Positions 56,366 to 64,000 of a stretch of 64,000 bases of DNA are shown here, in pieces. Position 1 is the stretch's first letter; the number at the start of each line of letters is the position of its first letter. This DNA comes from Planctomycetota bacterium (lineage in GTDB: Bacteria > Planctomycetota > PLA2 > JAEUHO01): NCBI GenBank assembly GCA_965223505.1, contig CBDCWP010000024.1, positions 32,001 to 96,000 on the forward strand. The letters run 5' to 3'. Position numbers and translations under genes: made by a program. The notes under the pieces were generated by a model. It ran no database searches and had not been told where the DNA came from. It worked only from the letters and a program-made list of their open reading frames with translations.

Positions 56366-58414
56366 ATGACCGTAACCAACGCACCGCTGACGTCCCGAAC
56401 CCTCTACGAGTCCCGCGAGGGCGAACCCCTCACGCCGGAGCGGCTGTGGCGGCTGCCGCGCGTCGGGTCGCCCGTGCCTGCACCGGACGCGAGCTACCTC
56501 GCGGTCCCCGTGACCACCTATGACCAGGACGGAAGCGACGCGACCAGCCGTATCTGGCGCGTCGACGTCGAGAGCGGTGCGGCGCGCCCGCTCACGTCGG
56601 CGGACGCACACAGCAGCCAACCTTCGTTCTCGCCGGCGGGAACGGAGCTGGCGTTCGTACGCAAGCCGGTCGGGAAGCAGACGCCGAAGGACGACGAGCT
56701 GCCCGTCGCGCCGCAGATCTACCTGCTGCCGCTCGACGGCGGCGAGCCCGAGTGCGTCACGGACATGCCGCTCGGAAGCTTCGATCCGCGGTGGTTGCCG
56801 GACGGTTCGGGCATCGTGTTCGGCGCGTTCCTGCTCGAAGGCCACCTCACACCGGAGGCGACGCGCGAAGAGGCGCTGCGGCGCGATCGTCCGCAGACCG
56901 TGCACATCACCGAGGAGCGGCTCTACCGGTTCTGGGACCAGTGGCTGACCGACGGCAAGTTCCCGCATCTGTTCGTGCTCGACCTGAAGACGCGCGAGCT
57001 GCGAGACATCATGCCGGACGCGACGCTCTGGTTCGGCTGGATGGAGACGTCGGACAAGTACGAGATCGCGCCCGACGGGAAGACCGTGTTGCTCAGCGCG
57101 TTCACGTGCAGCGGAGAGCACGGACGGCCGCGCACCGACATCTACCGGATCCCGATCGAAGGCGGCACGCCCGAGAACCTGACGGGGCACAACCCGGCCA
57201 GCTCCTTCGGCGCCCGATTCACGCCGGACGGCAAGGCGTTCGTCTACGGCATGACGCACGACGACGACTTCTACGCCGACCGCGTGCGTCTGATGCGGCA
57301 GGACTGCGCCACGAGCGAGGAGTCACCGGTGCTGACGGCGTGGGAGCACTCGCCGGACGGCTGGCGCTTCGACGCGAAGGGCGAACTCGTTTTCCAGGCG
57401 GAGGTCGATGCGCGCGTGCGGGTCTTCCGCTTGGACGCAACGGCGCAAGACGACACGGGCGCGCCGACGCCGCTGACCGAGGGCGGATCCTGTACGGGCA
57501 TTCGCCCCGCCGCTGACGGGACGCTCCACTTCCTGAAGCAGACCCTCTCACAACCGCCGGAGGCCGCGACGTGCCCTGCGGACGGTGGGGAGACGCGGTA
57601 CACGACGCGGTTCACGGAGGACGTGGTGTCGAACCTCGGTCTGGCGGAGGTTCGCGACGCGCGGTTCGTCGGTGCGGCGGACGCCGAGATCCAGATGTTC
57701 GTCATCCTCCCCGCGGATCACGCGGAAGGCACGCCGCTGCCGCTGGTCCATCTGGTTCACGGAGGGCCGCACGGCGTCTTCGGCGACCTCTGGCAGTGGC
57801 GCTGGAATGCGCAGACGTTCGCGGCGAAGGGCTACGCCGTGGCGCTGGTGAATTTCCACGGCTCGACGTCCTGGGGACAGGAGTTCGCGCAGTGCATCCA
57901 GGGCGCGTGGGGCGACCGGCCGTACGTGGACGTCATGAAGGCGACTGACGCGTTGATCGACGCCGGCATCGCCGACGCCGAGCGCATGGCGGTGGCGGGT
58001 GCGTCCTACGGCGGCTACCTGGTCTCATGGATCGCGAGCAACACGGATCGCTTCGCTTGTGCCGTCAATCACGCCGGCGTGTACGACATGAAGCTCAAGT
58101 ACGCGGCCGACTTCACATTCGGACTGCGACGAACGCAGGGCTCGGTGCCGTGGGAGGACGACGGACCGATCGACGCCCACGATCCGGCGCGCACGGTGAA
58201 GGGTCTGAACACGCCGATGCTCGTGTCGCACGGGGAGAAGGACTACCGCGTCGTCGTGAATCACGCGTTGGAGTGCTACGGGCTGTTGAAGGCCAAGGGC
58301 GTTCCGGCTCGACTGGTGTACTTCACCGACGAGAACCACTGGGTCTTGAAGCGGAAGAACTCGATGATCTGGTACGACGAGGTCTTCGATTGGTTCGAGC
58401 GCTTCCTGAAATAG
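56366..58414 (+). CDS. S9-family (acylaminoacyl/dipeptidyl) peptidase
   Basis: Beta-propeller; HGGP, GASYGG, HGEKDYRV, DENHW. Confidence 0.93.
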   Translation: MTVTNAPLTSRTLYESREGEPLTPERLWRLPRVGSPVPAPDASYLAVPVTTYDQDGSDATSRIWRVDVESGAARPLTSADAHSSQPSFSPAGTELAFVRKPVGKQTPKDDELPVAPQIYLLPLDGGEPECVTDMPLGSFDPRWLPDGSGIVFGAFLLEGHLTPEATREEALRRDRPQTVHITEERLYRFWDQWLTDGKFPHLFVLDLKTRELRDIMPDATLWFGWMETSDKYEIAPDGKTVLLSAFTCSGEHGRPRTDIYRIPIEGGTPENLTGHNPASSFGARFTPDGKAFVYGMTHDDDFYADRVRLMRQDCATSEESPVLTAWEHSPDGWRFDAKGELVFQAEVDARVRVFRLDATAQDDTGAPTPLTEGGSCTGIRPAADGTLHFLKQTLSQPPEAATCPADGGETRYTTRFTEDVVSNLGLAEVRDARFVGAADAEIQMFVILPADHAEGTPLPLVHLVHGGPHGVFGDLWQWRWNAQTFAAKGYAVALVNFHGSTSWGQEFAQCIQGAWGDRPYVDVMKATDALIDAGIADAERMAVAGASYGGYLVSWIASNTDRFACAVNHAGVYDMKLKYAADFTFGLRRTQGSVPWEDDGPIDAHDPARTVKGLNTPMLVSHGEKDYRVVVNHALECYGLLKAKGVPARLVYFTDENHWVLKRKNSMIWYDEVFDWFERFLK

Positions 58415-58495
58415 GGCCGGCCCTTGTGGCTGCCCCACCGTGCATGCGGCAGAAATCGACCCACGAGCGGTTGGGCGACTGAGGGTCGCCCCTAC
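58412..58495. repeat. GC-rich hairpin / GTAG-REP-like element between convergent genes, possible bidirectional terminator
   Basis: GGGCGAC-TGAGG-GTCGCCC (58473-58491) followed by CTAC; an imperfect inverted counterpart TAGGGCCGGCCC...GCTGCCC at 58412-58436. Confidence 0.4.
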
Positions 58496-59358
58496 AGGTA
58501 CGGCCCGATGATCGCCGCAAGTCGCGCCTTGGTCGCCGGCGGCACCTTCTCGAGCTGCGTCACCATCGACGTCTCGAGCACCCGATTCTCCGGCAGCTGC
58601 TCCGTCGGGACGTGCTTCAGCGCGGCCCGCAGCACCTCCTCGGCGACATGCGCGTTGTCGCGCAGCACGGCGAGGATCTCCCGGGTATCGACACCGCCCT
58701 CGTGCGGCCGCCACGCGTCGTAGTCGGTCACGAGACTCAACGCGGCGAACGCCATCTCCGCTTCACGCGCCAGGCGCGCCTCCGTGATGTTCGTCATCCC
58801 GATGACGTCGCAATCGAGGCCGCGATAGAACATGCTCTCCGCACGCGTCGAGAACTGCGGCCCCTCCATGCAGAGGTACGTGCCGCCGACCTGCGGGGCG
58901 TGGCCCGTTTCCGAGGCGCCCTCGAAGAGCGCCGCTCGGAGCGGCTCCGAGAACGGGTCCGCCATGGAGACGTGCACGACGAACCCGTCGCCGAAGAAGG
59001 TGTCTTGCCGATGGCGGGTTCGATCGAGGAACTGGTCGGGAATGACGAGCGTGCGCGGCGGAAGCTCTTCCTTCAAGCTGCCGACGGCGCCGGCGGAGAG
59101 CACCTTGGAGACACCGAGCATCTTCAGCGCGTAGATGTTGGCCCGGTACGGAATCTCCGTGGGAAGCAACGTGTGGCCTTCACCGTGGCGCGCGATGAAC
59201 GCGACCCGCCGCCCTTCGAGCAGGCCGGCGCGCACCGTGGACGACGGCGCGCCGTACGGGGTGTCGACGACGAGATCCCGCACCTCGGTCAGCCCTTCCA
59301 TCGAGTAGAGCCCGGTGCCGCCCAGCAAGCCGATTTCCGCCGTCACGCCGTCGATCAT
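58492..59358 (-). CDS. mtnP: S-methyl-5'-thioadenosine phosphorylase
   Basis: GGTGLY, RHGEGH..P..IPYRANI, EGPQFSTRAES, GMT...EA.LAREAE, VTDYD. Confidence 0.95.
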   Translation of the reverse strand: MIDGVTAEIGLLGGTGLYSMEGLTEVRDLVVDTPYGAPSSTVRAGLLEGRRVAFIARHGEGHTLLPTEIPYRANIYALKMLGVSKVLSAGAVGSLKEELPPRTLVIPDQFLDRTRHRQDTFFGDGFVVHVSMADPFSEPLRAALFEGASETGHAPQVGGTYLCMEGPQFSTRAESMFYRGLDCDVIGMTNITEARLAREAEMAFAALSLVTDYDAWRPHEGGVDTREILAVLRDNAHVAEEVLRAALKHVPTEQLPENRVLETSMVTQLEKVPPATKARLAAIIGPYL

Positions 59359-59528
59359 GGAGACCTCCGGGCCGAGAGAATACGGGATCGAAGCAGGCCT
59401 GCCCCGCCTGGCCTGAACGAAGTCGAAACACCCGCAACCTCGCTACGGGCGGGGTGTTTATGCTCTTGGTGCCCGTGTTCGGCCCGCTCGTTCGGCCGGC
59501 GCGGCGCTTCCGCTCGAGGAGACCCGTC

Positions 59529-61469
59529 GTGAAGTCCACTCAACCCCGCGCATACCTACATTCCCGCATCGCGGCTGGACTCGTGCTCGCGGCCTCGTTC
59601 GCCGTCTTGATGTCGCTCGCCGCGCCGACGCAGGCGGAAGAGACCGGCACCGCGGCCAAGACGCCCGGCGCGATCAGCGCGCAGATCGACACGCTGATCG
59701 AAGCCCGCCTCGCGGAAGAAGAGGTCGCGGCGGCCGGACGGACGACCGACACGGAGTTCCTGCGGCGTCTGTATCTCGACGTGCTCGGGACGGTTCCCAC
59801 GCCCGAGGAGGTGGAGACGTTCGCGAGCGAGAGCGGCGCCGACAAGCGCGCGAAGAAGATCGAGGCGCTGCTCGCGAGCGAGGCCTACGGCGAGCACTGG
59901 GGCGTGGAGTGGTACAAGACCCTGACCGGCATGAGTCCGGCCTCGCGCATACGCGGCCAGGGCCAAGGCGCACGCTACCTCCAGCCCGCCAAGGACACCT
60001 TCCTCGCGTGGCTCAAGGACGAGATGGCGGCGAACCGGCCGTACAACGAGTTCGCCGAGGCGCTCCTCACGGCCACGGGCCGCACCGACGAGAACGGCGC
60101 GACCGGCTTCTACGCGCGCTGGGCCGAGAACGTCAACAACCTCGCCGGCGCGACCGCGAGGGTGTTTCTCGGCACCCGCATCCAGTGCGCGCAGTGCCAC
60201 GACCACATCTACGAAGAGAGCTGGAAGCAGAAGGACTTCATCGGCATGGCCGCGTTCTTCGCGACGGTGCGCAACGACCGCACGCCGGAGCAGATCGAGT
60301 ACCAGCGCCTCCAGCGCAAGATCCGAGCGGCGGATGTGAAGGGTCGAAACGCCCCTGAGGGCGCACCCGACATCGGCCGCAAGCGAGACAAGGACGGCAA
60401 GTCCGGCGGCGACATGGACATGGACGGGGAGATGGGTGGAGAGATGGAAGGGGACGCCGCGGTGGGCGGCGTCACAGCCGCGGAGCGCAGGCGCTTCCGC
60501 GAGCTGGCACGCAAGCGCAACATCATCAACGTGAAGGACGGATACATGAACCCGCGGCAGCTCGAGCGCGCGAAGCAGCAGCTCGAGCGCCGCAAGGCGC
60601 GCGCGAAGGGCAACAACCAGAACGCCGAGCGCCTGTACCAGCGGCTCGAGCTGATGTCGACGACGCCGAAGTTCTGGATGGCGTCGGAGGCCACGGACCT
60701 GCCTGGCATTCCGCGCCGCATGCTCCTGGGTCGCTGGATCACGTCGAACGAGAACACCCTCTTCGCCAAGGCGGTCGTCAACCGCTACTGGGGGCACTTC
60801 TTCGGCCGCGGCATCGTGAACCCCGTCGACGACTTCAACAGCTTCAACGATCCGTCGCACCCGGAGATCCTGGACCTTCTGGCGAAGGACTTCGTCGCAA
60901 ACGGGTTCGACCTCAAGCGGTTGATCCGGATCATCGTGAACACCGAGGCGTATCAGCGCACGTCGCGCTGGACCGGGGAAGAACAGCCGGACGCGGAGCT
61001 GTTCGCGGTGGCGCAGGTGCGACCGCTCAGCACCGAGCAGCTGTACCACTCGCTGGTGCGCGCGACGGGCCTGGAGCGCAGCCTCGCGCGCAGGAATCGC
61101 CGGCAGGGCGAACGCATGCAGCAGGCGATCTTCTCGGTCTTCTCGTTCATCTTCGATGACGACGAAGGCAAGGAGACCCAGGACTTCGAGGGCAGCATTC
61201 CTCAGGGCTTGTTCCTATTGAACGGCGAGCTGCTCCAGCGCGCCGTCTCGGCGCAACGCGGCATGCCGCTCGGCCAGCTGTTGAGTCGCGAGCGCACAGA
61301 CGGCAACGTCATCGATCACCTCTACTTGTCGGCGTACGGACGAAAGCCGGACAGCGAAGAGAAGAAGGCCGCCCTCGACTTCGTACGTGGCGGCGAGAGC
61401 ACCGAAGCGTCCTTCGAAGACCTCCTCTGGGCATTGCTGAACTCCGCCGAGTTCATGACGAACCACTAG
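59529..61469 (+). CDS. DUF1549/DUF1553 (PSD1-type) planctomycete protein
   Basis: FLRRLYLD..GT.P, FLG.RIQCAQCHDH, VNRYW.HFFGRGIV.PVDD, PSHPE.LD.LA, DL.WALLNS.EF..NH. Confidence 0.92.
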   Translation: MKSTQPRAYLHSRIAAGLVLAASFAVLMSLAAPTQAEETGTAAKTPGAISAQIDTLIEARLAEEEVAAAGRTTDTEFLRRLYLDVLGTVPTPEEVETFASESGADKRAKKIEALLASEAYGEHWGVEWYKTLTGMSPASRIRGQGQGARYLQPAKDTFLAWLKDEMAANRPYNEFAEALLTATGRTDENGATGFYARWAENVNNLAGATARVFLGTRIQCAQCHDHIYEESWKQKDFIGMAAFFATVRNDRTPEQIEYQRLQRKIRAADVKGRNAPEGAPDIGRKRDKDGKSGGDMDMDGEMGGEMEGDAAVGGVTAAERRRFRELARKRNIINVKDGYMNPRQLERAKQQLERRKARAKGNNQNAERLYQRLELMSTTPKFWMASEATDLPGIPRRMLLGRWITSNENTLFAKAVVNRYWGHFFGRGIVNPVDDFNSFNDPSHPEILDLLAKDFVANGFDLKRLIRIIVNTEAYQRTSRWTGEEQPDAELFAVAQVRPLSTEQLYHSLVRATGLERSLARRNRRQGERMQQAIFSVFSFIFDDDEGKETQDFEGSIPQGLFLLNGELLQRAVSAQRGMPLGQLLSRERTDGNVIDHLYLSAYGRKPDSEEKKAALDFVRGGESTEASFEDLLWALLNSAEFMTNH

Positions 61470-61492
61470 GGCCCCAAGAACAGGAACCTGCC

Positions 61493-62839
61493 ATGTCACG
61501 TCGTACCAAGCATTCCGGCGTCTCCCGCCGCGACCTCCTTCGCTACGGGATCGCGACCGCCGCGTTGACACCCTTCGTCAGCCCGCTCGGCCGCGTGTTC
61601 GCCGACGAGTCGGCGGCCGTCAAGCTGCCCGGCAAGGGCAAGGCGAAGCAGGTCGTGTTGCTCTACATGAGCGGCGGCGCCAGTCACTTCGAGACGTTCG
61701 ATCCCAAGCCGGGAGCGTCCACGGGCGGCCCGACCAAGGCGATCTCGACGAACGTCTCCGGGATCCACATCGCGGACAGCCTGCCGCTGCTGGCCAAGCG
61801 CATGGACAAGATCTGTCTCGTGCGCGGCATGACGAGCAGGGAAGGCAACCACGAGCGCGCACGCTACCTCCTGCACACGGGCTATCCGCCGACGCCGACG
61901 GTCGTCCATGCCGGACTGGGCTCGATCCTCTCGCACGAGCTGGGGGATCCGTTCGCGGACCTGCCGAACTACATCAGCGTCAACGGCCCCGGCGCGCGTC
62001 CCGGCTACCTGGGCGTGAACCATGCGCCGTTCGCCATCCAGGTGCGGAGCACGGGCGCCGCAGCGCGAGACGGGCGCCGCGATCGCCGGATGCGTCCCGG
62101 CGGCGGCGCGACCGTGCAGAACCTGAACGCGCCCAAGAGGGTCGATTCGAAACGGCGCGACCGCCGGCTCGACTTCCTCGACAAGCTGAACAAGCGCTTC
62201 GGCAAGGACCACGCCGACGACGTGCCGCAGGCGCAAGGCGCCATGTTCGAGCGCGCGACGCGGCTGATGGACTCACCGAAGAACACCGCGTTCGACCTGA
62301 GCACGGAGTCGGCCAAGACGCGCGAAGCGTACGGCCAGACCGGCTTCGGCCAAGGATGCCTGATGGCGCGCCGATTGATCGACGAGGGCGTGACCTGCGT
62401 CGAGGTGACGAGCGGCGGCTGGGACACCCACGACGACAACTTCAACCGCGTGCGGAACCTCAATGGCGAGCTGGACCGCGGCGCGTCGGCGTTGCTCGAC
62501 GACCTGGCCAAGAGCGGCAAGCTCGACGAGACGCTCGTGATCTGGGTCGGCGACTTCGGTCGCACGCCGAACATCACGGCGTCCCAGGGCCGCGGCCACT
62601 ACCCGCGCGCGTGGTCGATGTGGATGGCCGGTGGTCCCGTGCAGGGCGGCCGGGTCATCGGCAAGACCGACGCCAGGGGTGCTGAGGTCGTCGAGAACCC
62701 GGTCACACCCAATGATCTGTTCGCGTCGATCGCCCACGCCACGGGCTTCGATCGCGACAAGCTGTTCCACTCGAACGGCCGGCCGATCACGCTGGTCTAC
62801 GAGGACGGCAAGGAAGTCGGCGATTTCTTCAACGCGTAG
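61493..62839 (+). CDS. DUF1501 protein, Tat-exported
   Basis: SRRDLL, GGASHFETFDPKP, FGQGCLMARRL, WDTH, FGRTP. Confidence 0.93.
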   Translation: MSRRTKHSGVSRRDLLRYGIATAALTPFVSPLGRVFADESAAVKLPGKGKAKQVVLLYMSGGASHFETFDPKPGASTGGPTKAISTNVSGIHIADSLPLLAKRMDKICLVRGMTSREGNHERARYLLHTGYPPTPTVVHAGLGSILSHELGDPFADLPNYISVNGPGARPGYLGVNHAPFAIQVRSTGAAARDGRRDRRMRPGGGATVQNLNAPKRVDSKRRDRRLDFLDKLNKRFGKDHADDVPQAQGAMFERATRLMDSPKNTAFDLSTESAKTREAYGQTGFGQGCLMARRLIDEGVTCVEVTSGGWDTHDDNFNRVRNLNGELDRGASALLDDLAKSGKLDETLVIWVGDFGRTPNITASQGRGHYPRAWSMWMAGGPVQGGRVIGKTDARGAEVVENPVTPNDLFASIAHATGFDRDKLFHSNGRPITLVYEDGKEVGDFFNA

Positions 62840-62880
62840 TCGGCCGGTGCTCGCCGTTTCGTGACGACGCATCGAAGCCG

Positions 62881-63318
62881 TCAGTCGTCGTGCTGCTGCC
62901 GGCGTTGGCGCTTCGTCGCGCCGCGCCGGCGCTTGTCTTCCAGCCGGCGCTCCTTCGACGCGCGCGTGGGCCGGGTCTTCTTGCGCGGCTTGGGGCGCTT
63001 GATCGACTCGCGCACGGTCTCGATCAGCTTCTCGAGCGCGTCGTCGGTGTTGCGCGACTGGTCGCGGTAGCGCTCGGAGGTCACCAGCAGCTCGCCCTCC
63101 TCGGTCAACCGGGACGCCAGACGCTTCTCGAGCAACGCGCGGTCGTCGTCATTGAGCGCCGTTGACGAGAGCGCGTTCCAGCGCAGGACGACCTTGCTCT
63201 CGGTCTTGTTCACGTGCTGTCCGCCCGGGCCGCCGGAGCGCGCAAAGGACATGGAAACCTCCGACGCGGGGATCTGCACCCGCTGCGTGACGTGGATGGT
63301 GGCGGGAAGACGCGGCAT
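62881..63318 (-). CDS. arfB: Alternative ribosome-rescue peptidyl-tRNA hydrolase
   Basis: RSGGPGGQHVNK, RDQSRN, RKKTRPTRASKERRL..K basic tail. Confidence 0.95.
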   Translation of the reverse strand: MPRLPATIHVTQRVQIPASEVSMSFARSGGPGGQHVNKTESKVVLRWNALSSTALNDDDRALLEKRLASRLTEEGELLVTSERYRDQSRNTDDALEKLIETVRESIKRPKPRKKTRPTRASKERRLEDKRRRGATKRQRRQQHDD

Positions 63319-63351
63319 GAGCGAAGTGGGAAGTGTAGTGTGACGCCCGGC

Positions 63352-64000
63352 ATGCAGGACCTCAACGACCCCCGCCGGCTCGCGGCGCGCCGCAAGCTCA
63401 TCCGCCGCGGCGTCCCCGTCCTGTTCGAGGACAACCATCTCCTGTGCATCTCGAAGCCGGCAGGGCTGCTCTCGCAAGGCGGGCCCCAAGGGGAAGAGGC
63501 GCTCACCGACGTGCTCGACGGCTATCGCCGAGAGGCCGAGGACAAGCCGGGCAGGGCCTACATCGGCCTGGTGCACCGGCTCGATCGCAACGTGTCGGGC
63601 GCGATGGTGGTCGCCAAGACGTCGAAGGCGGCGGCACGACTGTCGGCGATGTTCCGCGACCGGAGCGACGACCTGCGCAAGACGTACCTGGCGTGGGTCG
63701 ACCACACACCCCGTGACGACGGCGCGACGCTCGTCCATCGGCTGCGGCGCGAGCGCGGCGTGACGATGCTCGCCGCCGAGGGCGACCCGGACGCCAGGGA
63801 GGCCCGCCTCGAGTACGTCGTCGAGGGTCGCAGCCACCGCGCGGGACGGTTGCGTGTGACGCTCCACACCGGCCTCCCCCACCAGATCCGGTGCCAGCTC
63901 AGTCTCGTGGGTCATCCGATCGTCGGCGATCTCAAGTACCAGGGCTCCGGGGGCAAGCGGCCCGGTCTGCACGCGGTCGGATTGTCGTTCCTGCATCCGG
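63352..64000 (+). CDS. RluA-family pseudouridine synthase; truncated by window edge
   Basis: Translated by hand: VLFEDNHLLCISKPAGLLSQ...LVHRLDRNVSG...TGLPHQIR...GHPIVGDLKY. Confidence 0.92.
   Translation, partial: MQDLNDPRRLAARRKLIRRGVPVLFEDNHLLCISKPAGLLSQGGPQGEEALTDVLDGYRREAEDKPGRAYIGLVHRLDRNVSGAMVVAKTSKAAARLSAMFRDRSDDLRKTYLAWVDHTPRDDGATLVHRLRRERGVTMLAAEGDPDAREARLEYVVEGRSHRAGRLRVTLHTGLPHQIRCQLSLVGHPIVGDLKYQGSGGKRPGLHAVGLSFLHP

Noticed and set aside
132..63996. Many long antisense or alternate-frame ORFs (e.g. 132..1457+, 13593..16076+, 32292..34274-, 53299..55185+)
   Set aside because: Shadow ORFs typical of high-GC DNA; Arg/Ala/Pro-rich, without motifs, and overlapping well-supported genes.
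1..64000. tRNA (including selC), rRNA, transposase, integrase, phage or defence genes
   Set aside because: None recognised by eye; a tRNAscan/Infernal run would be needed to exclude small RNAs.

Overview
High-GC, gene-dense bacterial chromosomal window, most likely from a Planctomycetota genome (DUF1549/DUF1553 + DUF1501 pair, planctomycete-type Ser/Thr kinases, many secreted proteins). I support about 60 CDSs and found no rRNA, tRNA, CRISPR array or mobile element. Main modules: (1) Rieske / cytochrome b / octaheme HAO-like / membrane protein operon. (2) NHEJ genes: Ku, a stand-alone ATP-dependent ligase, a MerR-TPR protein, and a LigD whose ligase motif I looks inactivated. (3) TonB + FecA-like receptor. 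(4) A translationally coupled queA-queG-GT2 operon whose glycosyltransferase resembles the eukaryotic queuosine-tRNA galactosyltransferase QTGAL/B3GNTL1 end to end. This is the best candidate for an undescribed system (bacterial glycosyl-queuosine). (5) Two probable selenoproteins split by the ORF caller at in-frame UGA codons (EF-hand/deiodinase-like lipoprotein; AhpD-like CxxU), each followed by a GGUC-loop SECIS-like hairpin. (6) BlaI/BlaR-like pair with a TACAnnTGTA operator, divergent from a PASTA protein. Many genes appear leaderless (TAnnnT 6-8 nt before the start codon). All family calls come from motif recognition by eye; no database searches were run.
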